Below are positions 9,426 through 18,744 of a DNA stretch of 64,000 bases, piece after piece. Position 1 is the stretch's first letter. Every line of letters begins with the position of its first letter. The notes below the pieces were generated by a model. It saw only the letters and a program-made list of their open reading frames with translations. It searched no databases and was not told the DNA's origin. A program made the position numbers and the translations under genes. The stretch covers positions 1,920,001 to 1,984,000 of the forward strand of contig OZ244744.1 of assembly GCA_965219455.1 (NCBI GenBank), written 5' to 3'. Source of the stretch: Candidatus Latescibacterota bacterium (GTDB lineage Bacteria > Latescibacterota > UBA2968 > GCA-2709665).

Positions 9426-9813
9426 TGTGATCCCAAATGGTGAGATATTATACAGGTGGTGTCGCAGCGATGCCTTTCCGAAAGACCAGGTGGAGATACC
9501 CGGCTCACTGTTTAGTGATATCGAACTCTCCTGTGACTGGGCGAGATTCCGTCCAGATCCTTCGACCTCCTTCCACGTGGTGGAAGGAAGGACACGAGTG
9601 ATTGAAATCTCGGTTTGTGACGAGATCAAGAATCCTCGCAATCCCAAACGAGAGGGCGAGATAGTTTCGGCCTGGAAGCAGCAAGTCATATACGATCCGA
9701 ATGAGGATCCTGTTCAGGGTCCAAACGATGCCCACTCCCTGATAAAGGGACGCAAGAAAATGGCAGTCCGCGACGCTATCGTCGTGAATTCCAGATGGTG
9801 GGATATTGAGTAG
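9406..9813 (+). CDS. Hypothetical protein, possible ADP-ribosyltransferase-fold (R-S-H) toxin
   Basis: 135 aa; EILYR, ELSCDW and NDAHSLI in the order expected for ART beta-strands. The function is inference. Confidence 0.6.
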   Translation: MPPSPGSVIPNGEILYRWCRSDAFPKDQVEIPGSLFSDIELSCDWARFRPDPSTSFHVVEGRTRVIEISVCDEIKNPRNPKREGEIVSAWKQQVIYDPNEDPVQGPNDAHSLIKGRKKMAVRDAIVVNSRWWDIE

Positions 9814-10044
9814 GTGGCTTTGGTCTTTTAGTCCTCCAAGAGTCCTTGGAATGAGTACAGCCCAGGACACACCCCGGGCTATTGTGTTGTGGAAAATAGA
9901 ACCACCGGTCGTGGATCTCCGATTGTGGAGAGAGGCTGGTGGTTTTTTGATTTGATATCTTCAAAAAGATTTTATCTCCAGGGATTCCTTTCCAACCCGC
10001 TGCTTCTTACCCTTCTTTCAAGCTTGTTTTCAGCCCGCAATCTA

Positions 10045-12924
10045 TCAAAAACCAGGCATGAAGTCCGGTGCGGCCTGGAACTCGGTCGCGCCGGGGATGG
10101 CTTCGGGCTGAACCGTGTATACCCCGCCGGGAACCACGAAAAACGCGGTGTTCCGGTTGGCCTCAACGCGGGTGTTGAACCGAACCTTACCGTCCTGGCC
10201 GCGGATACTCCATGCGCCCGGAGCCAGGCCGGCCAGCAGCAACTGGCAGCTCTCATCGGCCCCCGCGTCCACATGCAGCGCCTGCGTGAGCAGTTTACCG
10301 GTCCTGCTCAGGACCACCACCCGGTCAGCCAGCGTGACAACGAAGGCTTCAGGGAGTTCCACAAGATCAACCGGCAGATCCGGCCCCTTATCATCGGACA
10401 TCGACATGACCGTCAGAAACACATCGTTGCCCTGCTCTTTGGCGGGCGAGAACAGTACGCGATGGCCGTTGGCTTCCGGTCGGTCGGGTTTTGGTGGTGT
10501 GAAGAACTGCCCGAACACGCTGTTGGCGTCCTTGCCGCTCAGGACCTGCAGGTTCCGCTCACCCGCCTTTGGCCGTAGCATTCGGAGAGTGACCTTGCCG
10601 CCCACCTCAGAGTTGCTGTTTCTCAGGATGACGCCGTCGGCCGTGGTTTCAGGCGGGCTGAGGGTGTTGACCTGCCAGTATTTCCTGAACTCCGGCCTGG
10701 CGGTGGTCATGTTGTCCAGGATGATCAGCACCGCAGGGGTCCGGGCGTTGTCGAGGTTGAGGAAGCAGAAGGTCCGCACGTAGTCCACAATCTTCTTGCT
10801 GTACGCCGATGTCAGGTTGACCGAGAAGTAGCTGTAGAACGGCCGCTGTGGAGACGGGCCGAAGTCGGCTGAGAGGACGTCCCCGTTGGCGAATGTCGGA
10901 TCCGTACGTGCCTGTTCCGGCGTGGTCGGGCAGGATTGAATGAAACGGGCGCCTCCGTCGTTGGCGGTATTCCGAAGGAACTGCTCGTCAGGATCGACCG
11001 CCAGCATCATGCTGTGCGAAATCGAACGCTTGCAGAAGTTGAAATCGTAGGGCATTCCATAGAAATGGTACTGCCCCAGGTCAGCCGCCTGCAGACCACG
11101 GTAGTAAATCTGGAAACTGCCCGCGTCAGCGTGCTGGTGATTGCCGAAGTGATACCCCCCGCCCTTCATTTCCACCACCACGTCGGACACACCTCGGCCC
11201 ATGTTCCAGCCGGTTCGGGCAACCATTGAACCGAGGATCGGGCCAAAATCGAGGGTGAGCGGCAATGAATTAAAATTCGTCGCCGCCTCCAGGTCCGGGT
11301 CGTTCAGCAGCAGCACCAGGATCGGGTCGGAGGGCAGCCCGCCCTGCCGCTCGAAGTCGCGCTTGATGACCGGATCGTTGCTGTATGCGTAACTGAGCAG
11401 TGCGGTAGATCCGAGACTTGCGGGCCTGCCGTCGGAAAATCCGTCGCCGTCCCGCAGGGTCTCTTCGTTCGGCAGGCGCATGTAAAGCCAGAACTTGCAG
11501 ACATCCGCGATGTTGTCATCGAAGACCCGCTCGCCGGCCATGCGGTAAAAGAGCCAGGCGGCGTGCATATCCCAGCCGAACCGGTACGGGCCGTAACTGA
11601 CGCCCTGGTTGTGGCGCGGGGACTGGTATTCGAACCGGCGCATCGGCGCCAGCTCTTCAAGCATGCGGTAGGAGCAGTAGCGATACGGTACCGGATCCTC
11701 GTCGTAGATAGCGATGGCCATGCAGAGCAGATCGCGGTTGACCTGCGCCTCGTTGCCATGGCCGTTGACGATCATCTGCTTGAATGGCGGCCAGCCGATT
11801 TCCATGTCGTCGGCGAGGCGCATGAGATCGCCACGGATACTGTCGCGGTCGTCGGGTGTCATCAGTTCGTAGCACCAGTCATAAACCTGTGCGGCCGAGT
11901 AGATGGCCTGGCCGATTTCCCGGGTAATGTCGAGCAGATTTCCGAATTCGACCGCGGCGAGATAGTCGCGGATCAACGCCACCGCTTCCTGGCCGCGCGT
12001 CTCTTCGCCATTCATCAGGTAAACGAAAGCCCTGGCTACGGCCGCTTTCTCGAGCCCGGAGTTATAGCTGACTTCCGTACCCGGTTCAACTTCAAATGCG
12101 ACTGGTTCGGCCGCCATTTCCCTGACCTGGGCCCAAAGCGGCGCGTTTTCACCCTTCGTGAGGTTCGCCCGAACCTTCGGCAGCGACTGCTCATTCACCC
12201 AGATGCGCGGCCGGGATGCCGGCGGAACGACCGTTGGCCGGTAGGCGGTCACGGCCGCCGGGACTTCCGGAGGCGTGTACGGGCTGACTTCGAGGTAATC
12301 GAGGCGTACGCTCTCCGGCAGCCAGATCCGGATCTCCTGCTCCTGTGCGTTGAGATCGAACTTGCCCGTCACCTGCGTACAGCTCTCCGAACGGCTCCAC
12401 GGCACGAACACCACGCGCTTGGTGGGGCGGCCACCGCCGACAGCGATCATCAGGTGCGGCGAATCATGCTTGCTCCCGGCCTCGCGCATCGCCTCGCTGC
12501 CCCTGGCGTCCGTGGCCGCGTGCGTGCGAATCACGTACCGCCCGGCCCTGGAGGCCCGCACCTTGAAAACCAAATCCGGTTCGGTGCCGGGCGACCCCAC
12601 GTTGGCGGCCAGACCAGCCTTGAGCGAGACGCCTTTCCCACCGGTGAACGAGCCTTGCGCTACGACCTCTGCTCGACCGGGATCGATCCCGGCGGCCTCC
12701 GCCTGCATGACAACCGATCCGCTAACGGCAAAAGTCCTGGACGGTGTGGGAGCACTGGTACCTTCTCCGGTTTTCATGACGTGAGTCTCCTCGGCGTATG
12801 TTGAGACGGCAATGAAGAGCGTTGCGATGCACAGACGGCGCAACGCTTGCAACAGTCGATGGACTTCCTTGATCATCCTTTTGCTTTTTTCCACTTTCCC
12901 GATCGATTCATGAATTCGCCGCAA
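10045..12924 (-). CDS. Heparinase II/III-like polysaccharide lyase, probably secreted
   Basis: RPRIWV, ARTGW, GNHQHADAGSFQIYY, HSMML. Signal-like stretch LCIATLFIAVSTYA; the true start may be slightly downstream. Confidence 0.85.
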   Translation of the reverse strand: MRRIHESIGKVEKSKRMIKEVHRLLQALRRLCIATLFIAVSTYAEETHVMKTGEGTSAPTPSRTFAVSGSVVMQAEAAGIDPGRAEVVAQGSFTGGKGVSLKAGLAANVGSPGTEPDLVFKVRASRAGRYVIRTHAATDARGSEAMREAGSKHDSPHLMIAVGGGRPTKRVVFVPWSRSESCTQVTGKFDLNAQEQEIRIWLPESVRLDYLEVSPYTPPEVPAAVTAYRPTVVPPASRPRIWVNEQSLPKVRANLTKGENAPLWAQVREMAAEPVAFEVEPGTEVSYNSGLEKAAVARAFVYLMNGEETRGQEAVALIRDYLAAVEFGNLLDITREIGQAIYSAAQVYDWCYELMTPDDRDSIRGDLMRLADDMEIGWPPFKQMIVNGHGNEAQVNRDLLCMAIAIYDEDPVPYRYCSYRMLEELAPMRRFEYQSPRHNQGVSYGPYRFGWDMHAAWLFYRMAGERVFDDNIADVCKFWLYMRLPNEETLRDGDGFSDGRPASLGSTALLSYAYSNDPVIKRDFERQGGLPSDPILVLLLNDPDLEAATNFNSLPLTLDFGPILGSMVARTGWNMGRGVSDVVVEMKGGGYHFGNHQHADAGSFQIYYRGLQAADLGQYHFYGMPYDFNFCKRSISHSMMLAVDPDEQFLRNTANDGGARFIQSCPTTPEQARTDPTFANGDVLSADFGPSPQRPFYSYFSVNLTSAYSKKIVDYVRTFCFLNLDNARTPAVLIILDNMTTARPEFRKYWQVNTLSPPETTADGVILRNSNSEVGGKVTLRMLRPKAGERNLQVLSGKDANSVFGQFFTPPKPDRPEANGHRVLFSPAKEQGNDVFLTVMSMSDDKGPDLPVDLVELPEAFVVTLADRVVVLSRTGKLLTQALHVDAGADESCQLLLAGLAPGAWSIRGQDGKVRFNTRVEANRNTAFFVVPGGVYTVQPEAIPGATEFQAAPDFMPGF

Positions 12925-13031
12925 AATCGGCGTCCAATCCCAATAATGCGTTTAGACTCCTCAGTCGTTTCATCGGGTCTCGCTGCGATGTCTGTACCGA
13001 GTTTGTCGAAGCAACCGCGTCTCACCGCCCC

Positions 13032-13240
13032 CTAACGTCCCCTATTCCCTTGCCCTTTTTCTTGCTTCGCCCAAGAAAAAGAGCGAAAAAGAAGGGCGCC
13101 GCTCGGCGCGGGGCCGGTTTTTCCACGAATCTCCCCAGTGGCAGCGACGAGCGATTGTAACCTTCGTACCAATACGACCGAACGGTGCTTCAATGCGGGA
13201 CGGATCAGCGTGGAAAAACCCCCAGCCCCCAGACCGGACG
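13032..13240. repeat. Structured about 210-nt repeat element, copy A (candidate ncRNA or non-autonomous element)
   Basis: First about 92 nt differ by one base from 26207 onward; the rest keeps covarying stems (see findings). Confidence 0.8.
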
Positions 13241-13256
13241 CGCCGTCGTTGCAACT

Positions 13257-13281
13257 GTAGGGGCAACCCTTGTGGTTGCCC
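13257..13281 (+). repeat. GTAG-type REP (GTAGGGGCAACCCTTGTGGTTGCCC)
   Basis: GTAG followed by an imperfect palindrome; a second copy at 26856-26880 has a compensatory A-T to G-C change. Confidence 0.8.
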
Positions 13282-13342
13282 GCCTTTCGGGTGTTTCAGG
13301 ATTCCCTTTGCGTCTTTGTGTCTCCGTGTGAGCTGATTTTCG

Positions 13343-13380
13343 CTGCTACCTGACACCTGAAAACTGATAGCTGATCGCTG
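13343..13380. repeat. Degenerate heptamer tandem repeat (CTGAnnS)n
   Basis: CTGCTAC CTGACAC CTGAAAA CTGATAG CTGATCG CTG. Confidence 0.75.
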
Positions 13381-13386
13381 CTTTTT

Positions 13387-13457
13387 CTCCCCTCTACTTT
13401 TCCTTTAAAAGAGGGGCCGGGGGGTGAGGTCCCGCGAACGAGGGCACCTTACCCTCG
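13387..13457 (+). repeat. BoxC/PIT-like element fused to a RAYT-type REP
   Basis: CCCCTCT...AGAGGGGCCGGGGGGTGAGGTCCC followed by CGAGGGCACCTTACCCTCG (13439-13457); related module at 26771-26836. Confidence 0.65.
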
Positions 13458-13481
13458 TCGCGCGCGTTCTTTCCACAATTG

Positions 13482-14504
13482 TCATTCCGATCCTCCCGAT
13501 CGAATCTCCGCCAGCGAGACCGTTCGGTGTTCCCTGGCCGAGATGGTGATGGCTTCGGCAATTTCAACGTCCAGCAGGGCATCCTCGGGTGGATTTCGGG
13601 ATTCGCGGCGACGCTCTATGGCATCCAGAAAGGCGCCAGCCTGCCGGACCGTCGAAGACGGCTCGTTTTCGAATTCCCGAACCTCCGAGCGGCCCTCCCT
13701 ATATACAGTTATGGAATCCCTGCCGGGCGGGCTGTCGGCATTGGGCATGATTCCGCCCTTGGCACAGACAAATCGCGGCTGCGGGTCAGACATCCCAGCA
13801 GGGCCGATATAGCTGGCCGTGGCCGAAGTAAAAGCGCCGTTTTCGAATCCGATCAGGGCCCCGCACGTCTCCTCCACAACGTGACCGGGCGCCGTATTCC
13901 GTATCCGATTGGCCATCGCGGACACGGTGGTCGGCCTGCCGAGAATCCAGCGGACGGCATTCAGATGGCAGTAGCTCATGTGGGTTAGCGGCATGCCCCC
14001 GCTGGCTTCCTGGTCATAGTACCAGCCGTCCGGATCCGGGTTCCAGAGGGCCATGGCCACGGCCATCACCGGCGCTCCCAGTTCGCCTCCAACCACCAGG
14101 CGCCGGATTTCCTCCCAGGCAGGATCGTAACGGCGCTGGAACCCGGCCTCCACGATCCGCCCCGACCGGTTCGCCATCTCCACAATCCGTTTCCCATTCT
14201 CCATAGACGACGCGAGACAGCCGCCGATGAGAAGGTCGTAGCCTGCATCCAGCGCCCAGATGGTCACCTCGTCCTGAACGCGATGCGGAACCTCGATGAG
14301 GACCGCGTCAGGACGGGTTTGGTCCAACCTCCGGAAATCATCGTCAAAAACGGCGCAACCCAGCTCACTCGCGCAGATTTCGGCGCGCTCCCGACGGCGC
14401 GAAGCCACCGCGCAGATTTCCGCCCGGCCGGTATCCAGAAACGCCCTTCCGCGTGTCCGGGCCATGTTCCCCGCTCCCACAATTGCGATCCGCTTCTTCG
14501 ACAT
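13482..14504 (-). CDS. Gfo/Idh/MocA family oxidoreductase
   Basis: MSKKRIAIVGAGNMA Rossmann start, GFQRRY; the EKP motif is degenerate. Confidence 0.85.
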   Translation of the reverse strand: MSKKRIAIVGAGNMARTRGRAFLDTGRAEICAVASRRRERAEICASELGCAVFDDDFRRLDQTRPDAVLIEVPHRVQDEVTIWALDAGYDLLIGGCLASSMENGKRIVEMANRSGRIVEAGFQRRYDPAWEEIRRLVVGGELGAPVMAVAMALWNPDPDGWYYDQEASGGMPLTHMSYCHLNAVRWILGRPTTVSAMANRIRNTAPGHVVEETCGALIGFENGAFTSATASYIGPAGMSDPQPRFVCAKGGIMPNADSPPGRDSITVYREGRSEVREFENEPSSTVRQAGAFLDAIERRRESRNPPEDALLDVEIAEAITISAREHRTVSLAEIRSGGSE

Positions 14505-14600
14505 GGCGCACCCTTTCGAGTTTTCGTTTGACATCCGGCGGTTCCGCGCGCATAATTTCGCTATCGCCGGTCCATCTGTCATGCGAAATTTGAAACCGCT

Positions 14601-15851
14601 ATGGCAAGATCCCGCTACAGGCTGACCGTACTCGTATTTCTGCCGCTGCTGTCTCTCTTAGCCGCCCGGATCCTGGCGGACAGCAGGGATGCGAAGGGCG
14701 AAACCCGTTCATCGGGCTACATCGGCGCCCAGGCATGTGCGGAGTGTCACCGGGACCGATTCGAGGCGTTCCGGCGCACAGCACACCATCTCACTTCCCG
14801 TTTGCCCGATTCCGGATCAATTCTGGGCAGTTTCTCTCCCGACCACGCCACCGTCCGAACCCGCAATCCCAATCTCCGCTTCGAAATCACCGCCGACGAA
14901 ACCGGTTTCTATCAGACGGCCATCATCGGAAAAGGGGAGGGTAGGCACCGGCGGACCGAGCGCATCGACATTGTCACCGGCTCCGGAAAGATCGGCCAGA
15001 CCTATCTCTTCTGGCAGGGCGACCGCCTCTACCAGTTGCCCATCTCCTACTTCACGCAGCAGCAGCGGTGGATCAACAGCCCGGGCTATCCCGACGGCGA
15101 GGTGAACTTCTCCCGCGGCGTCGTCCCCCGATGCCTGGAGTGCCACGCAACCTGGTTCGAATCGGAATCCTATTCCAGTAACGCGTACAACAGGGATCGT
15201 TTCGTCCTCGGCATCTCCTGCGAGCGGTGCCACGGGCCCGGCGCGGGCCACGCGGCCTATCAGCGCGACCATCCCGATGCGAAGGAAATGCCGTACATTC
15301 TACACCCGGGACGGCTCGAACCCGCACGATTGATCGATCTCTGCGCCCAATGCCACTCCGGCGTGGGCGCGCCAAGCCAACGGCCGTTTTCCTTCCGCCC
15401 CGGCGCGCACTTGAGCGAATTCCTGGAACTCGACGCCCCCGAAGAACAGAACAAAATCGGCGTGCACAGCACCAACCAGTTGCCACGCCTCACCAAATCG
15501 AAATGCTTCCAACAGAGCTCAACGATGACCTGCATCACCTGCCACAACCCGCACGCCCTGGAGCGCGGAGACCTTGCCCTGTTCTCCCGGCGTTGCGCCA
15601 CGTGCCACGAGATCCACGCCTGCGGCATGGCCGCCGAACTCGGAGACGCGATCCGCACCAACTGCATCGACTGCCACATGCCCCGCAAACAAGATCTCGA
15701 AACGGAATTCGAAACCGCCGAGGCGTTTCAGTTTCCGACCATGCGTGACCACTTCATCGCCATCTATCCGGAGATCAGCCGGCGTCTGACGCCACGGTTT
15801 CTTCACGCGGAGAAACCGGTCGAACCTCATCCTCACCAGGGAGAACACTGA
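14601..15851 (+). CDS. Multiheme c-type cytochrome (7 CxxCH)
   Basis: CAECH, CLECH, CERCH, CAQCH, CITCH, CATCH, CIDCH; N-terminal signal/TM segment. Confidence 0.9.
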   Translation: MARSRYRLTVLVFLPLLSLLAARILADSRDAKGETRSSGYIGAQACAECHRDRFEAFRRTAHHLTSRLPDSGSILGSFSPDHATVRTRNPNLRFEITADETGFYQTAIIGKGEGRHRRTERIDIVTGSGKIGQTYLFWQGDRLYQLPISYFTQQQRWINSPGYPDGEVNFSRGVVPRCLECHATWFESESYSSNAYNRDRFVLGISCERCHGPGAGHAAYQRDHPDAKEMPYILHPGRLEPARLIDLCAQCHSGVGAPSQRPFSFRPGAHLSEFLELDAPEEQNKIGVHSTNQLPRLTKSKCFQQSSTMTCITCHNPHALERGDLALFSRRCATCHEIHACGMAAELGDAIRTNCIDCHMPRKQDLETEFETAEAFQFPTMRDHFIAIYPEISRRLTPRFLHAEKPVEPHPHQGEH

Positions 15852-15852
15852 C

Positions 15853-17673
15853 ATGCGCCAATTTAGAACGCTCACTCTGGCGGACCGGGGCCAGTCCCGT
15901 ACCGCCATCATCGTGCCCGATGGCGCCGGAGATACGCTTCGCGACGCCGCCGCGGACCTGCAGGCCATCCTCGAAAAAATCACCGGGATGGCGCCCCCGA
16001 TGGGAACGGACGGCGGTAAGCCCGCGCCCAGGGGCAGAACGGCCATCCACGTGGGGGCAACCGCGTACGCCCGGTCGATGGGACTGGATGCCGGAGACGC
16101 CGGCGTGGAGGGCTACCGCATCCACACGGCGGGCAGGGACCTCTTCATCCTCGGCGGAAGCGACGCCGGCACGTCCTACGGCGTTTACGGCCTGCTGGAA
16201 GACCACCTCGACGTGCGCTGGTTCATGCCCGGCGAACTCTTCGAAGACGTCCCGTTGCAAACCACTCTGAAAATCGCGCCCGTAAACGAAACGAGAACCC
16301 CCCACTTCCTCTTCCGCGTCTTCAGCGGAATCGCCGGGCTGGAGGGTCATCGCTGGGAACGCCGCAACCGCGTCTCCAGCCGCAGGCACGAACTGCCCTA
16401 TGCCGGCTTCCACCACGCCCTGTACAAGATCTTTCCGGTCGCCCGATACGGAAAGACGAATCCGGAGTACTACGCGCTCGTCGATGGAGAGCGCCTCGTC
16501 CCCGGGAGCGACACGGTGAGCAACGGCCTGTTCGGGCAACCATGCACCAGCAACCCGGACGTCGTGGATATCACCATCCGGGAAACGCGGGCCTATTTCG
16601 ACGAGCACCCCGAGGCGCACTGTTTTTCTCTGGGCATGAATGACAACGGGAACTTCTGCCTGTGCGACAGCTGCCGCGCGCTCGACGTTCCGGGTCTGAA
16701 ATTCCGTGACCGCCCGATCTACTCCGACCGGTGGTTCACCTACTTCAACGCCGTGGCCCGTGCGCTGCAGGAATCCCATCCCGGAAAATTTGTGGGATGC
16801 CTGGCCTACCATAACGTGGAGGAGCCGCCCAGACGCATCGAACGCCTCGAGCCCAATACGGCCATTTACCTCACGCAGGACACCGCACAGCACCTGGATT
16901 CCGAATACCGGGACAAAGACCGGGAATTCATCCTCGCCTGGCTCAAACAGTGCGACCACGTCTGCAAGTATGACTATTACGGCCTGGGCTGGGTGCTACC
17001 GCGCTATTTCCCGCGGCTGATGGCCGATGACATCAAGTTCCAGCACAGCGCTGGCGTCAAGGGCTTCTACGCCGAAGCCTATCCCCACTGGCCTGCCGTT
17101 GGCCCCCAGATCTGGCTGGCCTCCAGGCTCTGGTGGAACGCCGACCAGGACCCGGAAAAGCTTCTCGAAGAGTTCTTCACGCGCCTGTTCCGCGGGGCGG
17201 CGGGCGAGGTCCGCGCGTTCTACGACCTTCTCGAATCCATCTGGCGGCGTCCACGTCCGGGCCGGTGGTTCCAGGGCCTGCGCGGGCTGGAACACCAGGT
17301 CGACTGTTACACGACCGGCGACGCGGACGTCCTCGAAGCCACGCTGGCCCGCGCGTACAGCGCCACGCGAGACCCGCTTGTCCGGCTGAGAATCGACTAC
17401 ATCCGCCGGTGGTTCCGGTTTCCCGCAACCCTCATCCGCGGCTGGCACGTTGCAGACGAAATCTGCGCATTGCCCGCGGGGCCGGAGGCCCGGGAGAAGG
17501 CAGCGGGCCTTCGCAAGCTCAGGCCGCGGCTCAAGAGGTCACACCGCCAGGCCATCCTGGAAGACCGCAACATGCCCAAGGCAGCTTACTTCAACGACGG
17601 CAGATACGAGGCGCGCGTGGCCGACCCGTGGACAGAAAGGGTCGACCAGGCCTTGGGGAAAGCGGGGGAATAA
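15853..17673 (+). CDS. DUF4838-like protein (glycoside hydrolase-like)
   Basis: GH67/GH20-like N-terminus (GTSYGVYGLLEDHLDVRWFMPG), PEYYAL, QPCTSNP, MNDNGNFCLCDSC, LWWN. Confidence 0.8.
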   Translation: MRQFRTLTLADRGQSRTAIIVPDGAGDTLRDAAADLQAILEKITGMAPPMGTDGGKPAPRGRTAIHVGATAYARSMGLDAGDAGVEGYRIHTAGRDLFILGGSDAGTSYGVYGLLEDHLDVRWFMPGELFEDVPLQTTLKIAPVNETRTPHFLFRVFSGIAGLEGHRWERRNRVSSRRHELPYAGFHHALYKIFPVARYGKTNPEYYALVDGERLVPGSDTVSNGLFGQPCTSNPDVVDITIRETRAYFDEHPEAHCFSLGMNDNGNFCLCDSCRALDVPGLKFRDRPIYSDRWFTYFNAVARALQESHPGKFVGCLAYHNVEEPPRRIERLEPNTAIYLTQDTAQHLDSEYRDKDREFILAWLKQCDHVCKYDYYGLGWVLPRYFPRLMADDIKFQHSAGVKGFYAEAYPHWPAVGPQIWLASRLWWNADQDPEKLLEEFFTRLFRGAAGEVRAFYDLLESIWRRPRPGRWFQGLRGLEHQVDCYTTGDADVLEATLARAYSATRDPLVRLRIDYIRRWFRFPATLIRGWHVADEICALPAGPEAREKAAGLRKLRPRLKRSHRQAILEDRNMPKAAYFNDGRYEARVADPWTERVDQALGKAGE

Positions 17674-17801
17674 CCGAAATCCGACGGTTGCGAAATGGGT
17701 GTAGACCGGCAGAAAATCCGGGATCCGCAGCGGCGCCACCTGCGCTACGGCTAACGTTAACCTGCTTGCGTGTATCGTCGCTGCGGGCGGTGCAAAGGGG
17801 T

Positions 17802-18665
17802 CTACTCGGAAAGTCGCTCGTCCACCTCCTGCATCAGCCGCAACCAATCCACGTGGGTTTTCGCCACCCGCTCCGGATGTGCCCTGCTTCGCGCGACGAA
17901 TCCTGGCACCTCGTCCCGCCCCGTGGGTTTCGATGGATCCGAGTATCGAACATCCAGGCTCCAGCGGATGCGGTCCGTCCGATTCGGAAAGGACCGGTGC
18001 GCCGTCTTGTGCTGGAACACCACCAGACCGCCCTTTCGCACCGGACAGGCGACAGGCCGCCCCTCGGGAACCCACCCCGCGAGGATCCCCTCGTTCGGAT
18101 AATCCGGGAGTTCGCCGTGCGGGCGAAGACCGGACCGGTGGCTTCCCGGAATCACCTCCAGGCATCCGTTTTTTACCGTAACGTCCACCAGCGGAATCCA
18201 GAAGTTCACCATAAAGGTCGCTTCCGCGTCCGGGTGCAGAAAACCCAGGTCCTGGTGCCACGGGATCTGCGACCGGGTTTCGTTGGGCATCTTCGCCTGG
18301 CAGTTGAACTGGGGATGGGCAAGGATCTCCGGCCCGATGACCGATTCCACGATATCCAGGATCGCCGGGCAGGTGATGAGTGAAAACATCCCGGCCGTCT
18401 TCAGGCGCTTGCCGGTCACCTCCCTTTCGATCTCGGACGGATCGTCCGTTGCGTCGGAGATACGCGTCAGTCGCCGGTCAAAGGGTGCGCCCTCGAACGG
18501 ATCGCACAGCCTTCCTTCCGAAACGGCCTCCCGCGCCTTCCGGTCGATCCCCGCCGTGATGTCGTCGATCAGCGGCTGCAGATCCGCCGGTGACAGCACA
18601 TCCTCCAGCAGCAGGAATCCGTCATCAAGATAGGCGGAAAGCTGATCCGCGCCCAGGCCGGCCAT
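17802..18665 (-). CDS. PhyH family dioxygenase
   Basis: PWHQD, NGCLEVIPGSH, HRSFPN...RWSLDVRY; likely start MAGLGADQL. Confidence 0.9.
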   Translation of the reverse strand: MAGLGADQLSAYLDDGFLLLEDVLSPADLQPLIDDITAGIDRKAREAVSEGRLCDPFEGAPFDRRLTRISDATDDPSEIEREVTGKRLKTAGMFSLITCPAILDIVESVIGPEILAHPQFNCQAKMPNETRSQIPWHQDLGFLHPDAEATFMVNFWIPLVDVTVKNGCLEVIPGSHRSGLRPHGELPDYPNEGILAGWVPEGRPVACPVRKGGLVVFQHKTAHRSFPNRTDRIRWSLDVRYSDPSKPTGRDEVPGFVARSRAHPERVAKTHVDWLRLMQEVDERLSE

Positions 18666-18744
18666 AGACGTTCTCTCGAAATTCTTCAGAAATTCACAGA
18701 TTGATACCACGGGTACACCGACCGGGAGCATTTCCGATCTGAGC

